Part shown: positions 36,401 to 43,934 of the stretch, piece by piece
Layout of the letters: every line of letters begins with the position of its first letter
Position numbering within the stretch: position 1 is the stretch's first letter
Assembly (NCBI GenBank): GCA_963739235.1
Contig: CAVTZY010000024.1
Span: 386,402-450,401 of the forward strand
Source: Terriglobia bacterium
GTDB lineage: Bacteria; Acidobacteriota; UBA6911
Direction: 5' to 3'
DNA: 64,000 bases
Translations under genes and position numbers: made by a program
The notes under the pieces: generated by a model
What the model saw: the letters and a program-made list of their open reading frames with translations, nothing else
Databases searched by the model: none
What the model was told of the DNA's origin: nothing

Positions 36401-37274
36401 GGCCACCACTCTCGGTTGCTCCAAGTTTGGTCCGAACGCGATATTCAACGGGCAATTCAGCGCGCTGTCAGGCCCGAGCTCGATCGGTTCCGGCGCCTAC
36501 CACTCCGCTCAGTTGACCGTGCGCAAGCGCTTCAGCAACGACCTGCAGTTCGATGTCAATTACACTTTCTCCAAGTCCGAGGACCTCGGTTCCGGGACAG
36601 AAGGCGGAACGTTCGGCAGCGGGTTCATCCTTAACTCCTGGGATACGAGCACGCAGAGGGGCGTCTCTAACTACGACCAAATGCACATCCTTAACGTTTA
36701 CGGCGTGTGGAAACTGCCGGTTGGCCGCGGCATGAGGTTCGGCAGGCAGATGAACAAGTTCATTGATGCCGTCGTCGGCGGCTGGCAGCTTTCGGGCATT
36801 TTCCGCGCAAACTCCGCCACACCGCAGGGTGCCAGCAGCGGATCGGTCTGGGGCACGAACTGGCAGCTGAGCAGTCCGGCCATGGTTACGCTCCTTCCCA
36901 TGCCGGATTTCAGCATCACTAAGAACGGGACGTTGCCCAACGGCACGCTGTATCCCAGCGCGTTTGCCACGCAGGCGGACGCAAATGCGTCCATTGCCGC
37001 TTTCCGGCAGTCATTTGCCGGCGAGACTGGAAGCCGCAACGTCACCCGCATCAACGGCCAATGGAGCATCGATAGCGGACTCTTCAAAGAGTTCAAGATG
37101 CCCTACAAGGAAGGGCATGCAATTCAGCTCCGCTGGGAGTCCTTCAACGTAACCAACTCCGCGATCATGTCCTGCGGCCTCGGATCAATGGATAGTACGG
37201 GGACCTGGGGCCGGTGCACCGGTCAGCGGGTTGATCCGCGGCAGATGCAGTTCGCACTGCGCTATCAGTTCTAA
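33483..37274 (+). CDS. Giant outer-membrane TonB-dependent-receptor-like protein with N-terminal carboxypeptidase-regulatory-like domain
   Basis: Has a signal peptide and a CarboxypepD_reg-like segment (GLVTDPSGGVVPGTTITIVNTQTG..YTFPAVMPGTYNL). A long beta-rich region ends in a terminal aromatic residue (..QFALRYQF). Confidence 0.8.
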   Translation: MRRLGLCALLLVLLTPVLHGQAVSSLTGLVTDPSGGVVPGTTITIVNTQTGVQRETVSNDGGSYTFPAVMPGTYNLTAKKAGFNAVEVKDITLSVNTPATVNVKFEKVGGVSETVTVSASAVQVNTTDASLGNAITSSAILQLPSFQRDVVNLLLLQPGVTTGGQVNGGKADQANVTLDGVDVNDQVNRNLQSVLRVTLDSVQEFRTTTTNANADQGRGSGAEVALVTKNGTNEYHGSMYEYNRNTLFAADTFFNNRSLKPIYNGGTFGNGYHEYCTAQQLATEWDKCKAANAALLINVFGGSIGGPIIKNKLFLFANYEGNRNASASTQNRTVPTDNLRNGIVTYHNAAGALATIGGNDIKTYVDPLGIGANPAVLKTFALYPKGNLAGSGDGLNTITYQFIAPRHTKTDTYIARLDYTVDNAGKHQIMVRGNLQNDHSGSIPQFPGLPGNSESLSNNKGLAVGYTWVLKPNMVSNFRYGFTRQGGEQTGLLNSEITTFRGYDNPYGTGTASTRFVPVHTISEDFSWMKGDHDFRFGTTIRVISNTFSNNNTFNSATTNASGLAGSGTELYASIPGGIKTGDVQSYTYAMAALLGLISQINGNYNYKANADGSATVIPSGGFVTRNMANKEYEIYGQDSWKIRRNLTITAGIRLSIMPPVRETNGQQISPSVPLSTWLGQRGQLAAQGLPQNTLAPIQFVLASSPQGRDMFPQRNNWAPRLGIAYSPSASEGLGKFLFGGPGKSSIRLGFGMYYDMVGQPLAASFNSTAFGLRSSVTNPLNTLDAAHAPRFADFYQIPTAFLPAVPPAGFPVTYPNLFAITNSIDDQLKAPYTMNMNFSWGREFAKGLFIQTAYVGRLSRRSLIQRDLAMPTNLKDPKSGQTYFQAMQQLATYTDITNLAIRSKTTDASYKNLPPIPFFENLWPGAAGGGYTATQNIANYYVRNSNMGDFTNVLNGMDEICGSATLFNSAGKATTLGCSKFGPNAIFNGQFSALSGPSSIGSGAYHSAQLTVRKRFSNDLQFDVNYTFSKSEDLGSGTEGGTFGSGFILNSWDTSTQRGVSNYDQMHILNVYGVWKLPVGRGMRFGRQMNKFIDAVVGGWQLSGIFRANSATPQGASSGSVWGTNWQLSSPAMVTLLPMPDFSITKNGTLPNGTLYPSAFATQADANASIAAFRQSFAGETGSRNVTRINGQWSIDSGLFKEFKMPYKEGHAIQLRWESFNVTNSAIMSCGLGSMDSTGTWGRCTGQRVDPRQMQFALRYQF

Positions 37275-37295
37275 CGCGCAAACTAACCTGATGTG

Positions 37296-37331
37296 AAAAA
37301 GGGGCAAGCCACCGCAGCTTGCCCCTTTTCG
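37296..37331 (+). terminator. Rho-independent terminator
   Basis: GGGGCAAGC (37301-37309), 7-nt loop, GCTTGCCCC (37317-37325), then TTTT. Confidence 0.85.
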
Positions 37332-37548
37332 TTACACCTCGATCGTCTTGGGTATACAATCTTGCCAGAGCAAACCATACCTGTGATTTAGAGCGAAAGG
37401 GGAGTTAACATAATCTCCTAACCTAAGAATCTGAGTACCTGGCAGGCCGGCAGACGAGGGGTGGCTTTTGCGCTGACCCCGATTGGTGGCAAGAGTCAGC
37501 TGAGATGAAACTCCACAAACCCAAAATCATGAATATATCGCCAAGCCC

Positions 37549-39393
37549 ATGAGTAAGAAGTCAAAGGCGAAAGGATCTGGTCGAAAAACTACAATTGCGC
37601 ATCCAGGTATCTTCGCTCGGCGAGGCCATGGCAAATCGGGGCCGGGCCCGGAAAAGGATTGGCTCCTGGGTTTGTTTTTGGTCGTCGCCGTGATTCTTGC
37701 ATACCAACAAACATGGCACGCCGGCTTCATCTGGGATGACGACGCACACTTGACGGAAAATCCATGCATTGTCGGCGACTTGGGGATCAAGGGCATCTGG
37801 ACAACGAGCGCGGCGACCTATTATCCGCTGGTGCTTACCACCTTCTGGGTGCTGCACGCTCTATGGGGCTTGAACCCCCTGCCATTTCATGTCGTCAATG
37901 TCCTGATGCATGCGGCATGCGCGCTTTTGTTGTGGCGCGTTCTGCGCGGACTGAATGTGCCTGGAGCCTGGCTGGGGGCGGGACTGTGGTCACTGCACCC
38001 GGTAATGGTTGAATCCGTGGCCTGGATCACGGAGTTGAAGAATACGCAGTCGTGTTTTTTCTATCTGCTGGCGATTTGGCTTTTCATCAAATGGCGCGAG
38101 GCTCGAAATCACACGGATGGGGGGATCGCCGACTGGCAATACGCGCTGGTTCTGTTCTGCGCTGTGCTGGCGATCCTGAGCAAGTCGTCTACGGTAGTAC
38201 TGCCGGTCGTTTTGGGCTTGTGCTGGTGGTGGTTGGACCGTCGGTGGCGATGGCGCAATGTCGCCTGGCTTTTCCCCCTTTTAGTGGTCTCCCTTGCGGC
38301 AAGCGCCTGGACGATCTGGGAACAGAGGTATCACTCGGGCGCGCTAGGACCAGAGTGGAATCAAAGCTTGCCCGAGCGTGTCGTGATCGCGGGCAAGGTC
38401 ATCTGGTTCTACCTCATGAAACTGGTTTGGCCACACCCACTGGCGTTCATTTATCCGCGTTGGCAGATCGACGCTCTGAATCCACTGGCGTATCTGCCCT
38501 TTCTGGCGGCGGTCGGGGGGCTATTGGTGTTGTGGCTAATGCGGAACGGACAATTCAGGCCTCTGTTTTTCGCGGCTACGTATTTTGTCGCTGCCTTATT
38601 TCCGGTCCTGGGCTTCTTCAGCGTCTATTTTTTCCGCTATTCCTTCGCAGGCGATCATCTGCAATATCTCGCCAGCATTGGACCGATCGCACTTGCAGGG
38701 GCTGGGATCGACAAAATCCTCAGCTATTTCCAGAAGCGAGCAACATTCTTAAGACCAGTAGTCTGCGGAATACTGCTGTCACTACTCGGCTTGTTGACCT
38801 GGCAGCAATGCACTCAATATGCCGATGCGGAATTACTCTATCGAACCACGATCAGCCGGAATCTATCGGGCTGGCTGGCGTACAACAATTTGGGCATGAC
38901 TCTGGCCGGCCACGGGCAAGTTGACGAAGCAATTGGCTATTTCCAGAAGTCCTTGGCAATCAATCCCGATAACGCGGAAGCCCACTACAACCTCGGAATA
39001 GCTCTGGCTGAGCGCGAGCATTATGACGACGCCATCGCTCATTACCAAAAGGCTCTGGAAATCAAGCCCGACTACGCCGAAGCCCACAGTAATCTCGGTG
39101 CTGTGCTTGCCATCCGCGGGCAGAACGATGAGGCCATCGCCCATTTTCAGAAGGCCTTGGCGATCAAGCCTGACTTCGAGTTGGCCTACTACAATTTCGG
39201 TCTCGTGCTGGCCGATCTCGGACAGGTTGACAACGCCATCGCCCATTTTCAGAAGGCATTGGAACTCGCCACGCAACAGAACAAGCAGGCCCTGGCCGAA
39301 TCCATTCGGACCGGGCTCCAGCTCTACGAAGCTGGCACATCAAATCAAAAGTTGCAGAAGTCATCGCCTGATAAACCCTTAATTCGACGCTAA
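37549..39393 (+). CDS. Polytopic membrane protein with C-terminal TPR repeats (TMTC/protein-O-mannosyltransferase-like architecture)
   Basis: The N-terminal ~400 aa contain roughly 10 hydrophobic segments and the motif FIWDDDAHLTENP. The C-terminus has five or more 34-aa TPR units (AEAHYNLG.., AEAHSNLG..). Confidence 0.7.
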   Translation: MSKKSKAKGSGRKTTIAHPGIFARRGHGKSGPGPEKDWLLGLFLVVAVILAYQQTWHAGFIWDDDAHLTENPCIVGDLGIKGIWTTSAATYYPLVLTTFWVLHALWGLNPLPFHVVNVLMHAACALLLWRVLRGLNVPGAWLGAGLWSLHPVMVESVAWITELKNTQSCFFYLLAIWLFIKWREARNHTDGGIADWQYALVLFCAVLAILSKSSTVVLPVVLGLCWWWLDRRWRWRNVAWLFPLLVVSLAASAWTIWEQRYHSGALGPEWNQSLPERVVIAGKVIWFYLMKLVWPHPLAFIYPRWQIDALNPLAYLPFLAAVGGLLVLWLMRNGQFRPLFFAATYFVAALFPVLGFFSVYFFRYSFAGDHLQYLASIGPIALAGAGIDKILSYFQKRATFLRPVVCGILLSLLGLLTWQQCTQYADAELLYRTTISRNLSGWLAYNNLGMTLAGHGQVDEAIGYFQKSLAINPDNAEAHYNLGIALAEREHYDDAIAHYQKALEIKPDYAEAHSNLGAVLAIRGQNDEAIAHFQKALAIKPDFELAYYNFGLVLADLGQVDNAIAHFQKALELATQQNKQALAESIRTGLQLYEAGTSNQKLQKSSPDKPLIRR

Positions 39394-39769
39394 TGTCGTC
39401 TCCAAGGACTGCTGAAGAGCCGTATGCTGGGAAAGCCACTTAAGCGATTCCGAGAGGGACGGGGTGGCCACCGTGATCACTTCCTGGGAGCACCCCGTCC
39501 TACTCGACCCAGCCGTCAGGCCGGGATAAGGATGATTGCCATACCTAAGCGCCGAAGCGCGGCACAGATTGGTTCCCGCCTTGGGCCGGCCCTTCAGGCC
39601 TCGATCCGGTTCGCAAACGGGTCCACGGAGCTTACGCGCGGGGCTATTTATTGCCGGCGCTTCGCGCCTGATCTCAGTGGCAATTTCGGAATCCAGGATA
39701 ATGGGCTGTCACAGATGCGGTTTAGCTGGAATTTCAACCGCCCAGCCCGCAATTATCTCAAAGGATTGG

Positions 39770-42649
39770 CTACTTTGATACCTTCGAGGTGTGCAGCATC
39801 AGGCGCGTCCAGGGCGCGATGGTTTCTTCCGCCCCGCCACGGCTCCGGTACCGCGCGACAAAGACGCCGGCTTCCGCCTCGCGCCCCAGGAGGGCAGAGG
39901 TTCGTATCAGGACGACGTAAAACTCCAAGGGGAGCGACGGGTTGAGATCCAGCGCGGTGCGGTAGACCTCATAGGCTGCGGCGGGTTTCGAGGCCGCTTC
40001 GTAAACTCTTCCCAATTGAATGAGGAGTTCGAGATCCAGCGGATTCCGCGAACGCATCGTCAGCAGCGTTTGTACAGCGGCATCATCATTGCCGGCAGCA
40101 GCAAGAGCGCGGGAAAGCATAAGGCCTGTCGTGCGATCCTCTGGGGAAAGAGCCCAGGCCTGCTCGAGTGCCTCCGCCGCCTTCAGCGCGTCCTTCAGAT
40201 TGAAATACGCGACACCCAGGTTATACCAGAAATCCGGCTTATCCTGGAATTTCCACTTGAGCGTCTCGAGCGCGGTGGCGACAGCCGCATAGTCGTGGTT
40301 CTTCATGGCCTCATCGGCCCGGGTCAGGGTCGCATTTACCTCCTCATTGGAAGCGCCGCCGGCAGGCATTGAGGCTCGTTCCGTTTGTGGACGCGCATAA
40401 TAGCCCTGGCGCGCGTGCAGGCGCACGGAACGCGAAGAGACAGACAGGGCGATCCTGTGGTAGCGGCCATCGGCGGGCTGTCGAGACAGAAATGCGAGGT
40501 AATAGAGCGCGCCATTCGCAGCAAAAGCAGAATTGATGGCTGCGGCAATATCGTTATCCGCTTTGATCCGTTTGGCGCCGCTCCCCAGAGAGAGTGTGTC
40601 CAGGGAAGACGATTTCTCGAAAATCGACGCAGTCACGTGGGCTTCCATCATCTTCGGCAGTCGAGGCGCATAGGTATAACCTCCAATTGAGGGGTCCACA
40701 ACCGGCGTTTCCGAAGCAGCCCCACCGATGTCGGCTGTAAGAATCTTGATGTGCTGTTGTTGGGCTTGGGCCGCAATACTCTGCAATGGACCCGACACAT
40801 CACCCCGGCTGCCCTTACCCGTAACAAACCCCGGCGAGATAAAAATGACGGTCTTCGTATAACTACCCATATCGGCGGCGGCCAGAGTAACGACTGCCTG
40901 TAACCCGTTTAAGGCAGTGTGCGCGTAACCGGCATTGCGCGTGATCAGTTCGGCGACCTTGCCTTGAAGCGTGGCTCGGACAACCGGGGTGTTATCGACG
41001 TCACTCGCGCCCTCGACTGACCCGAGGCTGTTTTGAAATCTCAACGACAGCTGCGCAGCTGTGCGGATTTCACCCATTTCCTGGACTTCGCGATCACCCC
41101 TGTCTATCATGACTGCTTCATATACGGTAATGGGTTCGCGCTGCTCGTCAACGCGGATCGAACGGCCGTTCGCCTTGCGGATCTCCGCCACCATGGTTTC
41201 GATGTCCCCAGGCGGGGAATTTCCACGACCCTTGCTCGTGAAATAGACCGTAAAGGGCTGGATTGGGTTATGGTATCTCCTCACCAGATCTTCGGCCGCT
41301 TTCTTGACTTTCGGAAAGGTGGTTACGTCCGTCGTCACGTCATCAAGCACGAGGTAGTATTTGCCGAGCGTCAGCTCAGCGCCGTTACTCGAGTTTAATA
41401 TGGGCTTGTCCTGAGGCGAAGCCGTCAGGGTCGTTTTCATAGCAAGATCGCGCGCCTTGGGCAGATCCTCCATGTTTAAGGCGCCCTTAAAGTAGGCGAC
41501 ATCTCTGCGGCTGCCATCCTCAGAAATGTTAAAGTCCTTCGCCGCGAACAGCGGCGGCGCCTTTCCGTTTGTGGATTCCACATAGACCGGCACTTCAACC
41601 AGGCGCGATTCAACCTTGAATGTTGGAATCCTTGAGTTCGAAGTAGAAACGGTGACATCGGAATTGTCGACCGATCCACGGTCTACGGGACGAGGAACCG
41701 CGGGCGGCGCCATCACTTCGGCCAATGCCGCCTTGACGCTTTCCCTGGCAGCTGTAGCATCGGCAACACCTTGCGCCGGTACTTTATCCAGGTTTTTTGC
41801 CAGGGCGGCGGCGCTGCCCGCCTTGGCAAGAAAAAACCCTCTGCGCGAGTAGACCCGGTAACGGGGATCGGCCACGTTCACGACGAGCTCATGCCAGCGA
41901 TCGTCGGGAGACAAACGCGTGTAGTAATAAAGCACGTAGGCCGCCCTGAGCTCAGCGGAGACCTCGAGGAAAGTCGAGCCCAGGTCGCGGGGGTTTTCAG
42001 TAAAGTATGCCTTTCCGCTGTTCGTCTCGGTCAATTGCCGCAGAATCTGGCGGTAGGCCTGGCTGCTGGTTTCCGAGCCGGCGCAGACCGCATAGATCGG
42101 GTAGCCGTACCGTGAGGCCGCATTCAGAACAAGGGGAAGCGTAGCGGTGCTCGCCGTATCTTCTCCATCGGAGAAAACCGCAATGGCCTTGCGTCCCTCC
42201 TGCTCGCTCAGGACCTTCATCGCATACAGAATGGCATCGTACAGCTTGGTCTTGAACTCTGCCCTGGTGCTGCGAATGCCGCTCAGGATCGGCTCAAAAT
42301 CGTCCGTCAGCTGGGGAATCGCGCGCATGTTCGAATTGAAGGGGATCAATGTGACGCGGTCGCCCGGTTTCAGAGATTTGACGAACAAGCTGGCCGCTTG
42401 CTGAGTTTCCTTTAATGATGCCGTCATGCTCTGGCTGGTGTCGAGGAGCAAGGCCACGTGGAGCGGAACCTGCTCGCTGTCCATGTGATCGATGGGTTGG
42501 GGCTTGCCGTCTTCAGCCAGACTGAATTTGGAAAAATCCAACCCGGTGATGCGGCGTGAGCCTTCCTGGACGGTGAGAAATATCTGTACCTGCTGCGATG
42601 CCACCGAAAAAGGTCGGCGCCTTCTGAGGCTGGGGCTGTTGTGCGGCAA
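39770..42649 (-). CDS. vWA-domain/TPR protein of the acidobacterial VWFA-related type; the N-terminal signal peptide is in another frame (42612-42713)
   Basis: Reads ..VQIFLTVQEGSRRITGLDFSKFSLAEDGKPQPI..VALLLDTSQSM (MIDAS DxSxS), with further vWA-like modules and C-terminal TPRs. The signal peptide MRGKRTTSASLVAWVLAVIGSFAAQ is encoded by track ORF 42513..42713 and joins the main frame if the A5/T5 run at 42607-42611 is one nt shorter. Confidence 0.8.
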   Translation of the reverse strand: MPHNSPSLRRRRPFSVASQQVQIFLTVQEGSRRITGLDFSKFSLAEDGKPQPIDHMDSEQVPLHVALLLDTSQSMTASLKETQQAASLFVKSLKPGDRVTLIPFNSNMRAIPQLTDDFEPILSGIRSTRAEFKTKLYDAILYAMKVLSEQEGRKAIAVFSDGEDTASTATLPLVLNAASRYGYPIYAVCAGSETSSQAYRQILRQLTETNSGKAYFTENPRDLGSTFLEVSAELRAAYVLYYYTRLSPDDRWHELVVNVADPRYRVYSRRGFFLAKAGSAAALAKNLDKVPAQGVADATAARESVKAALAEVMAPPAVPRPVDRGSVDNSDVTVSTSNSRIPTFKVESRLVEVPVYVESTNGKAPPLFAAKDFNISEDGSRRDVAYFKGALNMEDLPKARDLAMKTTLTASPQDKPILNSSNGAELTLGKYYLVLDDVTTDVTTFPKVKKAAEDLVRRYHNPIQPFTVYFTSKGRGNSPPGDIETMVAEIRKANGRSIRVDEQREPITVYEAVMIDRGDREVQEMGEIRTAAQLSLRFQNSLGSVEGASDVDNTPVVRATLQGKVAELITRNAGYAHTALNGLQAVVTLAAADMGSYTKTVIFISPGFVTGKGSRGDVSGPLQSIAAQAQQQHIKILTADIGGAASETPVVDPSIGGYTYAPRLPKMMEAHVTASIFEKSSSLDTLSLGSGAKRIKADNDIAAAINSAFAANGALYYLAFLSRQPADGRYHRIALSVSSRSVRLHARQGYYARPQTERASMPAGGASNEEVNATLTRADEAMKNHDYAAVATALETLKWKFQDKPDFWYNLGVAYFNLKDALKAAEALEQAWALSPEDRTTGLMLSRALAAAGNDDAAVQTLLTMRSRNPLDLELLIQLGRVYEAASKPAAAYEVYRTALDLNPSLPLEFYVVLIRTSALLGREAEAGVFVARYRSRGGAEETIAPWTRLMLHTSKVSK

Positions 42650-42773
42650 AGGATCCGATAACGGCCAGGACCCATGCCACCAAGCTCGCAGAGGTGGTGC
42701 GCTTGCCCCTCATCAGACTCCTCCTGTCTCGTAAGCTACTTGGCGATACTACTGAACCTAGCGCAGGAACTGC

Positions 42774-43140
42774 GCCATTGCCGCCTCTATGAATCGGGCT
42801 TACAGCCCTTGTTCCCGATGGGCTCTTCTCATTTCTGGGGCGTTGCCCCAGGCTGGTATGGCACGCGCCTTCAGCGCTCCTTACTCAGGGACTGAGCCAT
42901 TGCCGCCTCTATGAATCGGGCTTACAGCCCTTGTTCCCGATGGGCTCTTCTCATTTCCTGGGGCGTTGCCCCAGGCTGGTATGGCACGCGCCTTCAGCGC
43001 TCCTTACTCAGGGACTGAGCCATTGCCGCCTCTATGAATCGGGCTCACAGCCCTTGTTCCCGATGGGCTCTTCTCATTTCCGGGGCGTTGCCCCAGGCTG
43101 GTATGGCACGCGCCTTCGGCGCTCCTTACTCAGGGACTGA
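42774..43140. repeat. Three tandem ~122-bp units of the RAYT-associated REP family
   Basis: Units start at 42774, 42896 and 43019, with a fourth variant unit from 43141. Each contains the hairpin CCTGGGGC-gtt-GCCCCAGG. Each ends with AGGGACTGAGCCAT, the reverse complement of the first five codons of the RAYT gene. Confidence 0.85.
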
Positions 43141-43315
43141 GCCATTGCCGCCTCTATGAATCGGGTTTACAGCCCTTGTTCCGATCGGCTTTTCCTCATT
43201 TCCTTCCAGTGACGAGCGCCGAAGGCGCGACGCCATACCAGCCTGGGGCAACGCCCCAGGAAAAGGCAGTCCACAACAATTCGAGGGCTGAAAGCCCGAC
43301 CCAATCATCAATCCC
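43141..43315. repeat. ~180-bp direct repeat flanking the RAYT gene (left copy)
   Basis: Nearly identical to 43755-43930 (GCCATTGCCGCCTCTATGAATCGGG..CATACCAGCCTGGGGCAACGCCCCAGGAAAAGG..GGGCTGAAAGCCCGACCCAATCAT). Confidence 0.8.
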
Positions 43316-43760
43316 AAACGTAGCGTTCGTCGTATGGCACCCCATATTTCTTCAAAAACGCCAGATATTCCTCTTGGAATGTTCTGACCCTGTGGTGTCC
43401 CTCCTGGTTCTCGATATAGGCCACAAGTTCTGCAAGCTCATCTGGGCCGACGGAGAAAGCTCCATATCCACGCTGCCAGGCGAATTGGCCCAGTTGAGGC
43501 CACTGCAACTTGAGCCATTTTGAGGATGAGGTTTTTAGTTCCTCCACCAATGACGCAATGGCAATTGTACGCGAGAGCCGAACAGCAAAATGCACGTGAT
43601 CCCACGTGCCCCCGACGCGATAGCCTTCGCATTTGGCGTTGCGTGCGACGGTGGCGAGGTATGCGTGCAAACGGGGACGCGTGGAAGGATCCAGGCAAGC
43701 GAAACGATCCTTGGTGCTGAAAATGATGTGGACGATTACCAGACTCAGGGACTGAGCCAT
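43308..43760 (-). CDS. REP-associated tyrosine transposase (RAYT; IS200/IS605 TnpA-like Y1 HUH enzyme)
   Basis: 150 aa with the HUH motif DHVHFAV and the catalytic-Tyr motif AYIENQ. Flanked on both sides by cognate REP-like repeats. Confidence 0.85.
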   Translation of the reverse strand: MAQSLSLVIVHIIFSTKDRFACLDPSTRPRLHAYLATVARNAKCEGYRVGGTWDHVHFAVRLSRTIAIASLVEELKTSSSKWLKLQWPQLGQFAWQRGYGAFSVGPDELAELVAYIENQEGHHRVRTFQEEYLAFLKKYGVPYDERYVWD

Positions 43761-43930
43761 TGCCGCCTCTATGAATCGGGCTTACAGCCCTTGATCCGAT
43801 GGGCTCTTCTCATTTCCTTCCGGTGACGAGCGCCGAAGGCGCGACGCCATACCAGCCTGGGGCAACGCCCCAGGAAAAGGAAGTCCACAACAAAGCAAGG
43901 GCTGAAAGCCCGACCCAATCATAAACCGAG
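43755..43930. repeat. ~180-bp direct repeat flanking the RAYT gene (right copy)
   Basis: See 43141-43315. It begins within the first RAYT codons (gene start at 43760, minus strand). Confidence 0.8.
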
Positions 43931-43934
43931 CCCG

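Noticed and set aside
42607-42611. Programmed ribosomal frameshifting at the T5 run of the vWA gene
   Set aside because: There is no slippery heptamer plus downstream structure, and the upstream frame encodes only a signal peptide. A homopolymer indel, whether a sequencing error or a mutation, is the simpler explanation.
42774-43315. Regularly spaced direct repeats that could be mistaken for a CRISPR array (also 13006-13420)
   Set aside because: The units are ~122 bp and contiguous with no unique spacers. At 13 kb the motif spacing is ~190 bp with palindromic filler. No cas genes are present and the repeats match dispersed REP families.
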